Position numbers and translations under genes: made by a program. Of a stretch of DNA of 64,000 nucleotides, positions 1 to 10,198 are shown in pieces. The stretch lies in contig JBBQFD010000001.1 of NCBI GenBank assembly GCA_038321575.1, positions 2,982-66,981 on the forward strand, given 5' to 3'. How positions within the stretch are numbered: the stretch's first letter is position 1; every line of letters begins with the position of its first letter. Source of the DNA: Bacilli bacterium. Its GTDB lineage: Bacteria > Bacillota_I > Bacilli_A > RF39 > UBA660. The notes under the pieces were generated by a model. That model had not been told where the DNA came from. It did no database searches and worked only from the letters and a program-made list of their open reading frames with translations.

Positions 1-287
1 ATACAAACATATAAATATTAAAATATTTAGCAGAAAAATCTATCCCGCTACCGATATTAGGCTTTGATATATAACTGTTGTAAAAAGATAATACATTATT
101 AGTTTGAAACATTAAATACGCAATTAAAAGCGTTAGAATAACGTGTATTAATCTAAAGTATTTAATAAATAATGCATATGGTTTTCTAAGTATCACAATT
201 AGCACACCCTTTATTTTATATATTAAGTATACAACAAAACATTAAAAATTAAAAGAAAAAAACTACAATTAAGTAGTTATAATTATC

Positions 288-376
288 TTGGTGCCGCCCG
301 AGGGACTTGAACCCTCACAATATTACTATCACTGGATTTTGAGTCCAGCGCGTCTACCATTCCGCCAGGGCGGCAC
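288..376 (-). tRNA. tRNA-Leu (anticodon CAA), long variable arm, CCA encoded
   Basis: The reverse complement reads GTGCCGCCCTGGCGGAATGGTAGACGCGCTGGACTCAAAATCCAGTG...GGTTCAAGTCCCTCGGGCGGCACCA. The anticodon loop is CTCAAAA and a type II variable arm is present. Confidence 0.85.
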
Positions 377-434
377 AACAAGATTATAGCATATTTATTT
401 TATTTAGAAAAGAAAAAATCAGTATAAACTGATT

Positions 435-2267
435 TTATTCCTCATCAAATTGACTATTATAAAGTTTAGCATAGAACCCATTTTTTTGAAGAAGTTCTTC
501 GTGTTTACCTTGTTCAACAATATCACCTTCATTAATTACTAATATCAAATCAGCATTACGAATGGTTGATAGACGGTGAGCAATAATAAAACTAGTTCTT
601 CCTTCCATTAATTTATCCATAGCTTTTTGGATTAATACTTCCGTTCTTGTATCAACACTACTAGTAGCTTCATCTAAAATCAAGATTTTAGGATCCGCTA
701 AAATAGCACGAGCAATAGTAAGAAGTTGTTTTTCTCCTTGTGATACATTATTAGCTTCTTCATTTAAAACCATATCATAATCATTTGGTAGAGTTCTAAC
801 AAAGTGATCAACTTGCGCTGCTTTGGCAGCTTTAATGATCTCATCATCAGTAGCATTTAACTTACCATAACGAATATTTTCTCTAATTGTATCGTTATAT
901 AACCATGTATCTTGTAAAACCATTCCAAAGGTTGTTCTTAAATTATTACGTTTTAAATTCTTGATATTAATACCATCAATGGTGATTTCACCACTATTTA
1001 ATTCATAAAAACGCATTAATAATTTAACTAAGGTTGTTTTACCACCACCGGTCGGTCCAACAATCGCAATCTTTTGACCTGGCTTAACTTTAACTGAGAA
1101 ATCTTTAATAACAATCTTTTTTGGATTATATCCAAAACGAACATTCTTAAATTCAACTTCTCCCTTAACATCTTTTAAAACTTTAGCTTTAAATATTTCC
1201 GGAGTTTGTTCTTCTTCTTCTAAGAAAGCAAAAACTCTTTCAGATGCGGCTATCGTTTGTTGTATAACATTTGAGATGTTTGCTAGTTGGGCAATCGGTT
1301 GATTAAATTGACGAACATATTGGATAAATGCTTGGATATCACCAATCGTCATTCTTCCGGTTATTGCAAAATAACCACCAAGAACTGATACAGCAACATA
1401 TCCAATGTTACCAACAAAATTCATTATTGGGAATAATAAACCGGATATGAATTGGCCTTTCCAAGCTGAATCATATAGTTTAGTATTACTTTCCTCAAAA
1501 GTATTCATCGAATCATCTTCACCATTAAAGGCTTTAACGATCACATGACTAGTATACATTTCTTCAACATGACCATTTAGGTTTCCTAAATACTCTTGTT
1601 GATCAGTAAAGTACTTTTGACTTTTTTTCATTACAAATATTACAAAGCCAGCTGACAATGGTAGCATTAATAATGCTACAATGGTCATTTCCCAGCTTAT
1701 CGATAACATCATTACCATAATACCCACTACTGTTACAAATGAAGTAATAATTTGGGTAATACTTTGATTTAAACTTTGGTTAATAGCATCAACATCATTA
1801 GTTATTTTTGACAGTACTTCGCCACTAGTTGTTTTATCATAGTATTTTAATGGTAATTTATTAATTTTTTGTGATATTTCTTCACGTAATTCATAAGTAA
1901 CTTTCATAGCTACTTTGGTCATTAAATGACCTTGGATATAACTTAGAATCGCACTTATTAAATATAGTACAACTAATAACAATAAAATATTACCAATGAT
2001 TGTAAAATTAATGGTTCCAGTTCCTGCAATTAACGCCATAACTCCTTTAAAGAGTTCGGTTGTAGCGCCACCTAATATCTTAGGTCCTACAATTGCAAAG
2101 ATTGTTGAACCAATTGCAAATAGACTAACTACAATAATAATAAAGTGATATTTTGATAAATATTTAATTAATTTTTTTAATGTACCTTTAAAGTCTTTTG
2201 GTTTATCAAGTGAATTACTATTCCCATGACCACCCATTGGACCTACTTTTGGTGTTGTATTAGCCAT
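435..2267 (-). CDS. ABC transporter, fused permease/ATP-binding subunit (type I exporter half, 610 aa)
   Basis: An N-terminal six-helix transmembrane domain is followed by a nucleotide-binding domain with Walker A GPTGGGKTT, signature LSQGEKQLL and Walker B ILILDEAT. Its start overlaps the stop of the upstream partner at 2267. Confidence 0.9.
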   Translation of the reverse strand: MANTTPKVGPMGGHGNSNSLDKPKDFKGTLKKLIKYLSKYHFIIIVVSLFAIGSTIFAIVGPKILGGATTELFKGVMALIAGTGTINFTIIGNILLLLVVLYLISAILSYIQGHLMTKVAMKVTYELREEISQKINKLPLKYYDKTTSGEVLSKITNDVDAINQSLNQSITQIITSFVTVVGIMVMMLSISWEMTIVALLMLPLSAGFVIFVMKKSQKYFTDQQEYLGNLNGHVEEMYTSHVIVKAFNGEDDSMNTFEESNTKLYDSAWKGQFISGLLFPIMNFVGNIGYVAVSVLGGYFAITGRMTIGDIQAFIQYVRQFNQPIAQLANISNVIQQTIAASERVFAFLEEEEQTPEIFKAKVLKDVKGEVEFKNVRFGYNPKKIVIKDFSVKVKPGQKIAIVGPTGGGKTTLVKLLMRFYELNSGEITIDGINIKNLKRNNLRTTFGMVLQDTWLYNDTIRENIRYGKLNATDDEIIKAAKAAQVDHFVRTLPNDYDMVLNEEANNVSQGEKQLLTIARAILADPKILILDEATSSVDTRTEVLIQKAMDKLMEGRTSFIIAHRLSTIRNADLILVINEGDIVEQGKHEELLQKNGFYAKLYNSQFDEE

Positions 2268-4462
2268 TATAATTCCTCCTTACTTAGTTGTGAGGTTGCA
2301 ATTTCTAAATAAGTAGGGCAACTCTTTAACAACTCCTTGTGGGTACCTGAACCCACAATTTTTCCTTGATTTAAAACAATAATCTGATCAGCATTCATAA
2401 TCGTACTAATTCTTTGGGCAACAATTAACACGGTTCCTGCTTTAGTATATTTCTTTAAAGCTAAACGCAAATTAGCGTCTGTCTTAAAATCTAAAGATGA
2501 AAAACTATCATCAAAGATATATATATCCGGTTTTTTAACTAAAGCGCGAGCAATTGATAGGCGTTGTTTTTGTCCACCTGATACATTAGCTCCTGCTTGC
2601 GCAATTGGGGCATCATATTTATTTTTTAATTTATTGATAAAGTCTGATGCTTGGGCAACAACTGATGCTTCATTCATTTCATCAATTGTTGCATCTTTTT
2701 TACCATAACGAATATTAGAATCAATCGTCCCTGAAAGCAATACCCCTTTTTGTGGTATATAACCAATTACATCATGTAAGGTTGCTTGCTTAACATCTTT
2801 TATATCAACGCCATTAACTAAGATCTTACCTTTATTAACATCATAGAATCTTGGTATTAAATTAACTAATGTTGATTTACCGCTACCGGTTGAACCAATA
2901 AATGCAGTTGTTTTTCCTGGTTTAGCTGTAAATGATATATTACATAAAACATTTTCATCAGCATCTTTATATTTAAATGTTACATTCTTAAATTCCACTA
3001 AACCACGTTTACTTTCAATAAATTCTTTTGGTTCAATGGGATCTTTAATTGAAGCATCAGTATCTAATACTTCTTTAATACGTTTTAAAGATACAGCAGC
3101 ACGTGGCACCATAATAAACATAATCGTTATCATAATGAACGCCATAATGATTTGCATTGTATATTGCATAAATGCCATCATATCCCCTATTTGCATAGTC
3201 GAATTAGCTATTTGGTGTGATCCTACCCATACTATAAGTAAAATAACTAAACTCATAATTAACGTTACAATTGGCATCATTAATGCCATGACACGTCCAA
3301 TGAATAAACCGTTATCCGCTAATTCAGTATTGGCTTTATTAAAACGTTTTTCTTCAAACTTTTCACTACCAAAAGCTCTAATAACTAATATTCCTGATAA
3401 ATTTTCACGAGCCACCAAATTTAATTTATCAATTAATTTTTGCATAACTTTAAACTTAGGCATCGCAATAATAAATACCGCTATGATAACCCCGATTAGT
3501 AACATTATAGCAAGGGCTATAATCCAACTCATGGAATTACTCTTTTGTAAGGCCATCATTACTCCACCTATACCTAAAATAGGTGCATAACAAAGAATTC
3601 TAATCCCTAAGAATACTAGTGATTGCACTTGTGTTATATCATTAGTTGTTCGGGTAATTAAAGATGATGCGCCAAATTGTTCAAATTCGGTATTCGCAAA
3701 ACTTGTTACTTTTTCAAATACATCATGACGCATATTTTGAGCGACTCTAGCCGCTATACGTGATGCATAAAAGCCTACTACTACTGCTGATATACCACCA
3801 ACTAAGGCAAGTACCAACATCATTAACCCTTTATTAACAATATAATCAGTTTGAATAGCATCGGTATTAACTCCGGCTTCTTGATAAAACTTCTTTGTTA
3901 AACTAGTTGCCATCTGATTTTGTAGACTAACTTGTAATTTATCTGCTTCAGTTCTTGATTTATCAAAAGCTGTGGTTGGTAATTTTTCTAAAGTTGGTAA
4001 TAATAAATATATTTTCTTAAAATCAACCGCGGTTGTATTTGAACCCGTTGTTGGTGTTTTATTCATGTCCCTTGCAAAATTCATCATCGTTGCGGTAGCA
4101 TGACCAAATATTTTATTTAAAGCTAAAATATTAGTTTTATTTTTTAAGACATATATATTAGATGTTTTCACTAATGAATAAGTCTTAGTATAACTAATAT
4201 CACCCATTTTAATTAATTTATAATTAGCGGCTACTACTTGCTTATCGCTACTAGTCATAAAGACCGTCATTAAACGATAACCATTTTCACTAACTACTTT
4301 AGGTGCTGCTTCAGTAATACCTCCTTGTTGAATACCTACATTGATAATATCTGACATATAATTAGGTAAGCTTAAATCCATTCTTGCTTGAATAAACAAG
4401 AATGCTAATGATAAGATTACTCCAATAGTAAACGGTTTTAAATATTTAATTATTAACTTCAT
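2267..4462 (-). CDS. ABC transporter, fused permease/ATP-binding subunit (731 aa), partner of the previous gene
   Basis: Walker A GSTGSGKST, signature VSGGQKQRLSIARAL and Walker B IYIFDDSFSSLD are present. About 170 extracytoplasmic residues are inserted between TM1 and TM2. The 3036..3590(+) ORF inside it is spurious. Confidence 0.9.
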   Translation of the reverse strand: MKLIIKYLKPFTIGVILSLAFLFIQARMDLSLPNYMSDIINVGIQQGGITEAAPKVVSENGYRLMTVFMTSSDKQVVAANYKLIKMGDISYTKTYSLVKTSNIYVLKNKTNILALNKIFGHATATMMNFARDMNKTPTTGSNTTAVDFKKIYLLLPTLEKLPTTAFDKSRTEADKLQVSLQNQMATSLTKKFYQEAGVNTDAIQTDYIVNKGLMMLVLALVGGISAVVVGFYASRIAARVAQNMRHDVFEKVTSFANTEFEQFGASSLITRTTNDITQVQSLVFLGIRILCYAPILGIGGVMMALQKSNSMSWIIALAIMLLIGVIIAVFIIAMPKFKVMQKLIDKLNLVARENLSGILVIRAFGSEKFEEKRFNKANTELADNGLFIGRVMALMMPIVTLIMSLVILLIVWVGSHQIANSTMQIGDMMAFMQYTMQIIMAFIMITIMFIMVPRAAVSLKRIKEVLDTDASIKDPIEPKEFIESKRGLVEFKNVTFKYKDADENVLCNISFTAKPGKTTAFIGSTGSGKSTLVNLIPRFYDVNKGKILVNGVDIKDVKQATLHDVIGYIPQKGVLLSGTIDSNIRYGKKDATIDEMNEASVVAQASDFINKLKNKYDAPIAQAGANVSGGQKQRLSIARALVKKPDIYIFDDSFSSLDFKTDANLRLALKKYTKAGTVLIVAQRISTIMNADQIIVLNQGKIVGSGTHKELLKSCPTYLEIATSQLSKEEL

Positions 4463-4904
4463 TTTTTACTTCCTTTCCGTGGTCAAAAGCAATACACAAC
4501 TTATCCATAAGATGAATTAGTTGTTCCGTATCCTCTTTACCTAGCTTTTCAGCTACCATATCTAGTGCATGATTAAAGTGAGTGCTAGCTTCATTTAAAA
4601 ACTGCTCACCTTTATTAGTAATTGCCACATCAATAATACGACGATCTAATTTAGACATCGTACGAGCTACTAAATCCTTTGTTTCTAATCCTGATATCAT
4701 TTGCGATACCGCTGCATTAGAAGTTCCTAATTTAGCACTTAATGATGACATATTAACATTTCCTTCTAGATTTTTAATTTCTAAAATCATCTTAAGCATA
4801 AAAAATTCACCTTGTGATACACACATATTTGGTTTATTATGCCCGATAACTTTCTTAACGCTATTAATTGATTCTAATAAACGCTTTCCTTGACTCTTTT
4901 CCAT
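4446..4904 (-). CDS. MarR-family transcriptional regulator
   Basis: The 152-aa protein has a winged-HTH pattern (SQGEFFMLKMI...LSAKLGTSNAAVSQMISGLETKDLVAR...DRR). It lies upstream of the ABC exporter pair and overlaps it, giving the classical MarR-plus-exporter arrangement. Confidence 0.8.
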   Translation of the reverse strand: MEKSQGKRLLESINSVKKVIGHNKPNMCVSQGEFFMLKMILEIKNLEGNVNMSSLSAKLGTSNAAVSQMISGLETKDLVARTMSKLDRRIIDVAITNKGEQFLNEASTHFNHALDMVAEKLGKEDTEQLIHLMDKLCIAFDHGKEVKNEVNN

Positions 4905-4992
4905 ATTTCCTCCAATACTTAATCTGGTTAATATTTAATGTACTTAACTATTTTAGCGCTATTTAAATCAAAAGTCAATAAAAAAGAATCAA

Positions 4993-5559
4993 TTATGATT
5001 CTTTATATTTTGATTTAAATAAATCAGTCTCCATTGGTTCACTTTCTTCTTGCATAATCTTTGGTAATTCGGCAATACTAGCAAGTCCGAAGTAATCTAG
5101 GAAGGTCGAAGTTATTCCAAATAACATAGGACGACCTGGTAAATCAGAACGACCAAGCTCCTTAATAAAATTACGACTTAAAAGCTTTCTTACCATGTGA
5201 CTACTATCAACCCCACGAATATTTTCAATATTCATCCTGGTTACTGGTTCATTATAAGCAATAATCGCTAAAGTTTCTAAAGCTGATTGGCTTAAATATG
5301 AACTTTCTTCATTATCAATTAATTTTTGATAATATTCTTTATGAATAGGTTTTGTAACTAATTTTAAATAGTTACCTAATACCTCCATTTTAATACCACG
5401 ACTATCTTTTTCATATTCGGTTTGTAAATCATCAATTAATTCTGCTAATTTACTACGATCTACTTCTAAAATGGTTTCGGCTTGTTCTAAAGATAAGCCT
5501 TCATCACCTACTACAAATAATAAACCCTCTAAAATGGCTAATAAGTTCACTTTATTCAC
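4993..5559 (-). CDS. scpB: segregation and condensation protein B
   Basis: The N-terminus (LAILEGLLFVVGDEGLSLEQ...) and winged-helix repeats match ScpB. It overlaps scpA by 8 nt. Confidence 0.85.
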   Translation of the reverse strand: MNKVNLLAILEGLLFVVGDEGLSLEQAETILEVDRSKLAELIDDLQTEYEKDSRGIKMEVLGNYLKLVTKPIHKEYYQKLIDNEESSYLSQSALETLAIIAYNEPVTRMNIENIRGVDSSHMVRKLLSRNFIKELGRSDLPGRPMLFGITSTFLDYFGLASIAELPKIMQEESEPMETDLFKSKYKES

Positions 5560-6277
5560 TTCCTTTTAAAACTAAATATATTTCTTTAAAATTATTTTCT
5601 TGTTTTAATTCTAATTCTTGCTTTTTAGCAAGTTCTAAAATTGATAAGAACGTTATTACTACATATTCTTTCGTAAATACATCAAATAACTCATCAAAAG
5701 ATACCTTCTTTTTAGTTTTTAAGATATTTTTGATTTCTAAACTACGTTCAAAAACTGAATACTCTCTTTTTGTAACTGAAGTATTTAATGGTTGATCTAA
5801 TAAACGACGATCTAAAAACTTTTGAAAAGCCGCTAATAAATCATCAACCGTTATTTCACTTTCAAGTTTAGTTTCTTCTTCATCCTGACAGAATCCTAAG
5901 CTAGAAGGCCCTTTGGTATATATCTCTCTGCGAAGTTCTTCTAACCCTTTAAAAACTGACGTAACTTCTTTATATTGTTTATATTCTAATAAACGATTAA
6001 TTAATTGTTCACGTGGATCTTCTTCATATTCATCTTCATCGTTTTTATTATTAGGTAGTAAAATACTTGATTTAATTTCAATTAATTCAGCCGCCATACT
6101 TAAGTATTCGCTAGCGATATTAAGATTCAACTTTTCCATCGCTCTAATATAGCTTAAATATTGTTTAGTTATTTCTTCGATACTTATATCAAAAATATCG
6201 ATGTTTGATTGCTTAATTAAATGGAGCAACAAATCAAGTGGTCCATCAAAGTTATTTATCGTTATTTTATAATCCAT
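5552..6277 (-). CDS. scpA: segregation and condensation protein A
   Basis: The protein (FDGPLDLLLHLIKQSNIDIFDISIEEITKQYLSYI) is kleisin-like and follows the scpA-scpB gene order. Confidence 0.85.
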   Translation of the reverse strand: MDYKITINNFDGPLDLLLHLIKQSNIDIFDISIEEITKQYLSYIRAMEKLNLNIASEYLSMAAELIEIKSSILLPNNKNDEDEYEEDPREQLINRLLEYKQYKEVTSVFKGLEELRREIYTKGPSSLGFCQDEEETKLESEITVDDLLAAFQKFLDRRLLDQPLNTSVTKREYSVFERSLEIKNILKTKKKVSFDELFDVFTKEYVVITFLSILELAKKQELELKQENNFKEIYLVLKGSE

Positions 6278-6333
6278 TTAATCACTTCCAAGTACTTTAA
6301 TTATAGCATACATCATTTATATATGGTATACTT

Positions 6334-6651
6334 TTGATAGGTGATTATATGAAAAAATTTACGATGCGTGATGAAGAATTTGTATGTGAAAACTGTGGTA
6401 TAAAAGTATCTAAACTTGAGTATACAGCTCGTGATCATTGTCCTAGTTGTCTATATTCAAAACATGTTGACTTAAACCCTGGTGACCGTTTAAATGATTG
6501 CTTAGGGCTATTAGAACCGATTGGGATTGAGAAATTTAAAAACACTTATAAAATAATCTATAAGTGTCATAAATGTAAGGGCATTCATAAGAACATTATG
6601 GCAGATGATGATAACATGGATTTAATAATTGAATTATCTAAAATAAACTAA
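6334..6651 (+). CDS. RNHCP-domain zinc-ribbon protein
   Basis: Three CxxC pairs (CENCG, CPSC, CHKCKG) and the motif TARDHCPSC are present. Confidence 0.6.
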   Translation: MIGDYMKKFTMRDEEFVCENCGIKVSKLEYTARDHCPSCLYSKHVDLNPGDRLNDCLGLLEPIGIEKFKNTYKIIYKCHKCKGIHKNIMADDDNMDLIIELSKIN

Positions 6652-6671
6652 AAAAAAGGACTAAGTCCTTT

Positions 6672-7295
6672 TTATTTTAAATTCTTAACTAAATCAGTTA
6701 TATAAGGTAGAGCCACAATGAAAGCTGTTAATATAATAAATAATACTACAATAAAGATTATTCCTACCTTATTGCTTTTTTCTTCACCATTAACATGACT
6801 AATTGAAGCATTGTTAACAACTGCATCCGGATTAATCGCTTGTTTAGCTAATAATAAAGTATTATCTAACTCATCACTTAAATCAGGGCTTTCTACATTA
6901 ACTAATTGATCAACATTAGTAGTCACTTCAATTGCTGGTTCATTTACCACAACTGGCGTTACCACTGGTTGGACAACTGGTTCTTCTGTATTAAAGATAT
7001 TAATTGGATCTGGAACCATTGTTTTTTCAATTACTTCTGGTTCACCAAAAAATATATTAGCATTTGTTGATAACGAATTATCAGCCGTATATGTAGTATC
7101 TGCATAAGTAGTTGGTTGCACAATTGGAGCTACTGTTGGTTGAACAACTGGTTCTATAACTGGTTGTGCAATTGGAGCTACTGTTGGTTGAACAACTGGC
7201 GCTTCTGCAAACAATACTTCAACAGCTGGTGCTGCTACTTCTTCCACGTCATCAATTATTTCAATATCATCATCTAAATTAATTTTATCGTTCAT
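6672..7295 (-). CDS. Pro/Val-rich repetitive protein with C-terminal membrane anchor
   Basis: The protein has an acidic N-terminus, tandem (V/I)(A/V/E)P(I/V)VQPT-type repeats and a C-terminal hydrophobic helix (GIIFIVVLFIILTAFIVALPYI). Confidence 0.6.
   Translation of the reverse strand: MNDKINLDDDIEIIDDVEEVAAPAVEVLFAEAPVVQPTVAPIAQPVIEPVVQPTVAPIVQPTTYADTTYTADNSLSTNANIFFGEPEVIEKTMVPDPINIFNTEEPVVQPVVTPVVVNEPAIEVTTNVDQLVNVESPDLSDELDNTLLLAKQAINPDAVVNNASISHVNGEEKSNKVGIIFIVVLFIILTAFIVALPYITDLVKNLK
7119..7220. repeat. ~51-nt tandem direct repeat (2 copies) inside the Pro/Val-rich gene
   Basis: The 32-mer gcaattggagctactgttggttgaacaactgg occurs twice, 51 nt apart. Confidence 0.7.
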
Positions 7296-7358
7296 AATTA
7301 TAACCTCTCTTTACTCTACCTTGATTATACCAAATATTACAACTAATTAAAAGAGTTA

Positions 7359-8147
7359 TTATAGAGTTAATTCTTTTTTATTATAATTATAATAAATACC
7401 TATTATTGATAACAAAATAATTATTAATGACAATATCAAATATCCTATGTTCATATGATTATTTACTAAAATAAATCTGGCATTAAAATACTCAAATGGT
7501 GAGATATATTTTAAGAAATCAATCTTATCGCTCATCATTGATATTGTTTGAATAAAATATGTACCTAAAACAAGACCTAAACTAATACCCATCATCTTCT
7601 TAGTTTTATTATAATAGGTACTTATGAATAATGTCAGGAAGAAAAACACATATTGCATCATTAATGGAGCTATTGATAGATAAAACCATTTACTAAATTG
7701 CAAAGAATGGCTTAAACTAAAACTAGTATAAGTCATTAAACCAATTAATAAATTAAAAATAAAAATATATATAACCCCAACTATGATTTTATCCGTAATA
7801 ATCTTATTACGACTAATTGGTTTTGAATATAAGAATTCAATTGTCTTATCACTTTCTTCTTTAAGTAAAATATTAGCGCCCATTATCGATGCATAACAAC
7901 CACCAATAATTGTAATCATCATATACCCTTCAGTGGCAAACCAACCAAAGACAGAGCCGACACTAACAATGTCCATATTGAACATCTTCAATACATTCGG
8001 TGGGAAGCTCTTTAGAAATTGATCTAATTGACTAGATTGTAAATTCATAGCTGGATATATTAAAAATACCGTTATTAATATGAATATAATAATTGATGTC
8101 CATATAATTAAACTCTTTAAATTTAATTTAAATTCTCTTTTTAACAT
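7359..8147 (-). CDS. ABC-2 family transporter permease
   Basis: The 262-aa protein has six predicted TM helices and lies immediately downstream of an ABC ATPase. Confidence 0.7.
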   Translation of the reverse strand: MLKREFKLNLKSLIIWTSIIIFILITVFLIYPAMNLQSSQLDQFLKSFPPNVLKMFNMDIVSVGSVFGWFATEGYMMITIIGGCYASIMGANILLKEESDKTIEFLYSKPISRNKIITDKIIVGVIYIFIFNLLIGLMTYTSFSLSHSLQFSKWFYLSIAPLMMQYVFFFLTLFISTYYNKTKKMMGISLGLVLGTYFIQTISMMSDKIDFLKYISPFEYFNARFILVNNHMNIGYLILSLIIILLSIIGIYYNYNKKELTL

Positions 8148-8155
8148 ATTTCCTC

Positions 8156-9019
8156 CTATTTATAATAATGCATAAATACTTCTTCAAGTGTTGGTTCTTC
8201 AATTAATAACACTATAATATTAATCTCACTAATAATTTTAATCAAATCATTAATATTGCCTTTATATATAAAGACAATCTTATCATTATTTTTTTCTTTA
8301 ATAACAATATCTTTCATTGGCAGTAATAAGCGTTTATATTCATCACTTATGATTGTTACAATGCTAAAATCACTCTTTGTAATCTTATCCATTTCCTCAA
8401 TCTTAATAAGATGACCACCCTTAATAATCCCAACACGATTACAAATACGTTTTACTTCTCCTAAAATATGTGATGAGAAGAAAATAGTTGCCCCGCGTTT
8501 TTGTTCTTCTTTTAATAGTTCAAAAAATACTTCTTGCATCAAAGGATCAAGACCACTAGTTGGTTCATCTAAAATAAGTAATTTTGGACTATGCATTAAC
8601 GCTAAAATAATCCCAACTTTTTTTAAGTTCCCAAATGATAATTCATCAATTTTTTTGGTACTATCAACTTCTAATTTTTTAACTAAATAAGCAATACGTG
8701 TTTTTAAATCTTGTTTATAAAAAGTTGCGTTATATTCTAACATTGCTTTAACTGTTAAATCATCATATAGTTGAACTTCAGCTGGTAAATAACCAACAAT
8801 TTCTTTTATTTTAATATTTTCCTTAGTATTAATGCCATCAATATATATTTCACCACTGTTTTTATTAATCATATTCATAATTGCCCTGATAGTAGTACTT
8901 TTACCACTCCCATTAGGCCCAATAAATCCAAATATCTCACCAGTTTTAAGTTTTAAACTGAGATCTTCCACCCCAAGAGTCTTACCATAATATTTTGTTA
9001 GTTTTTCTATCTTTAGCAT
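8156..9019 (-). CDS. ABC transporter ATP-binding protein (ABC-2 type)
   Basis: Walker A GPNGSGKST, signature LSFGNLKKVGIILAL and Walker B LLILDEPTSGLD are present. Confidence 0.9.
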   Translation of the reverse strand: MLKIEKLTKYYGKTLGVEDLSLKLKTGEIFGFIGPNGSGKSTTIRAIMNMINKNSGEIYIDGINTKENIKIKEIVGYLPAEVQLYDDLTVKAMLEYNATFYKQDLKTRIAYLVKKLEVDSTKKIDELSFGNLKKVGIILALMHSPKLLILDEPTSGLDPLMQEVFFELLKEEQKRGATIFFSSHILGEVKRICNRVGIIKGGHLIKIEEMDKITKSDFSIVTIISDEYKRLLLPMKDIVIKEKNNDKIVFIYKGNINDLIKIISEINIIVLLIEEPTLEEVFMHYYK

Positions 9020-9085
9020 TTTATCACCTATTTGAATTATACTCTAAAGTGGCTTTAATTTCAATAAAAAAGCAGATTACTCTGC

Positions 9086-10078
9086 TTATATCCAAACCGC
9101 AAATAAGATAGCGGCCATACTTAATATTAATCCTACAACCCAGAACATTTTAACAATATCACGTTCATCCCATCCTAATTTCTCAAAATGATGATGTAGT
9201 GGTGCCATTAAGAATACTTTTTTATTAAAGTATCTGCCCGCTATCATTTGAATTATACTTGATAAAGTTTCAATAACAAAGACACCAGCTACCACTATTA
9301 ATGTAACTTCATGACTTGTTAAAATAGCGACCGCGGCTAAGGTTGCCCCTAGTGATAATGAACCAGTATCGCCCATAAATATTTTAGCAGGATGAGTATT
9401 GAATAATAAGAAGCCAAATAATGATCCAACTAGAATAAAACAGAAGATTGCTATATCAGTATTACCTGCTGCCCATGTTGAATTCCAACTAATCATCCCA
9501 AAGGCAATAAAAGCAATGGCTGATAAACCAGCCGCAAGCCCATCTAAACCATCAGTTAAATTAACAGCATTACTACTAGCAACTAATACAAATAATAAGA
9601 ATATTCCATAGAACCATCCCATATTAATTGCAATACCTAAAGTATGAATATTTAATACTGGATCTAATCCACTTTGAGTAAAGATATAGAAGAAAATAAT
9701 TGCAATAAATAATTGACCAAATAGTTTTTGCATTTCGCTTAATCCAAAATTATTTTTTCTTTTAATAATTAAATAATCATCTATAAAACCAAGGGCTGCG
9801 TAAGCTACAAAGACAAATAAAACAATAAGTAAATTATCAGAGAACTCTATTTTATTCATAAATAGAAGGATCACTGCGGTTAATAAGGTTGGTATAATGA
9901 AAATTAAACCACCCATGGTTGGTGTCCCATCTTTTTTAGCGTGCTTGTCTTCTAAAAAAACACTTACTTTTTGTCTAACATTCATTTTTTTTAATAAGGG
10001 TATTGCTATTAAACCAGTTATAACTGATAAAACAAACCCAATCATTAACGCTAAAATAGCTTTTGCTAATATTAACAC
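9086..10078 (-). CDS. mraY: phospho-N-acetylmuramoyl-pentapeptide transferase
   Basis: The 330-aa polytopic protein has DDYL, NAVNLTDGLDGLA, FMGDTGSL and HHHFE motifs. Confidence 0.92.
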   Translation of the reverse strand: MLILAKAILALMIGFVLSVITGLIAIPLLKKMNVRQKVSVFLEDKHAKKDGTPTMGGLIFIIPTLLTAVILLFMNKIEFSDNLLIVLFVFVAYAALGFIDDYLIIKRKNNFGLSEMQKLFGQLFIAIIFFYIFTQSGLDPVLNIHTLGIAINMGWFYGIFLLFVLVASSNAVNLTDGLDGLAAGLSAIAFIAFGMISWNSTWAAGNTDIAIFCFILVGSLFGFLLFNTHPAKIFMGDTGSLSLGATLAAVAILTSHEVTLIVVAGVFVIETLSSIIQMIAGRYFNKKVFLMAPLHHHFEKLGWDERDIVKMFWVVGLILSMAAILFAVWI

Positions 10079-10198
10079 AACATCACTCCTAATTCTTTTA
10101 AGGTATAACTATTATAACATTCTAAAGGACTATTTGTATATCTTAAACAGAAATTTTATAGATTACTTGTCAACTAATTGTAGAAAAAATCATATCTT

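Noticed and set aside
3036-3590. 184-aa ORF on the plus strand inside the ABC exporter gene
   Set aside because: It is antisense to a strongly supported ABC transporter CDS. Its composition is Ile/Asn-rich, as expected from reading AT-rich DNA in the wrong frame.
6672-7295. Possibility that the PxVQPT repeat region is a CRISPR or minisatellite non-coding array
   Set aside because: The repeats are in-frame within a 207-codon ORF with N-terminal start context and a C-terminal TM helix. No spacer-repeat periodicity is typical of CRISPR.
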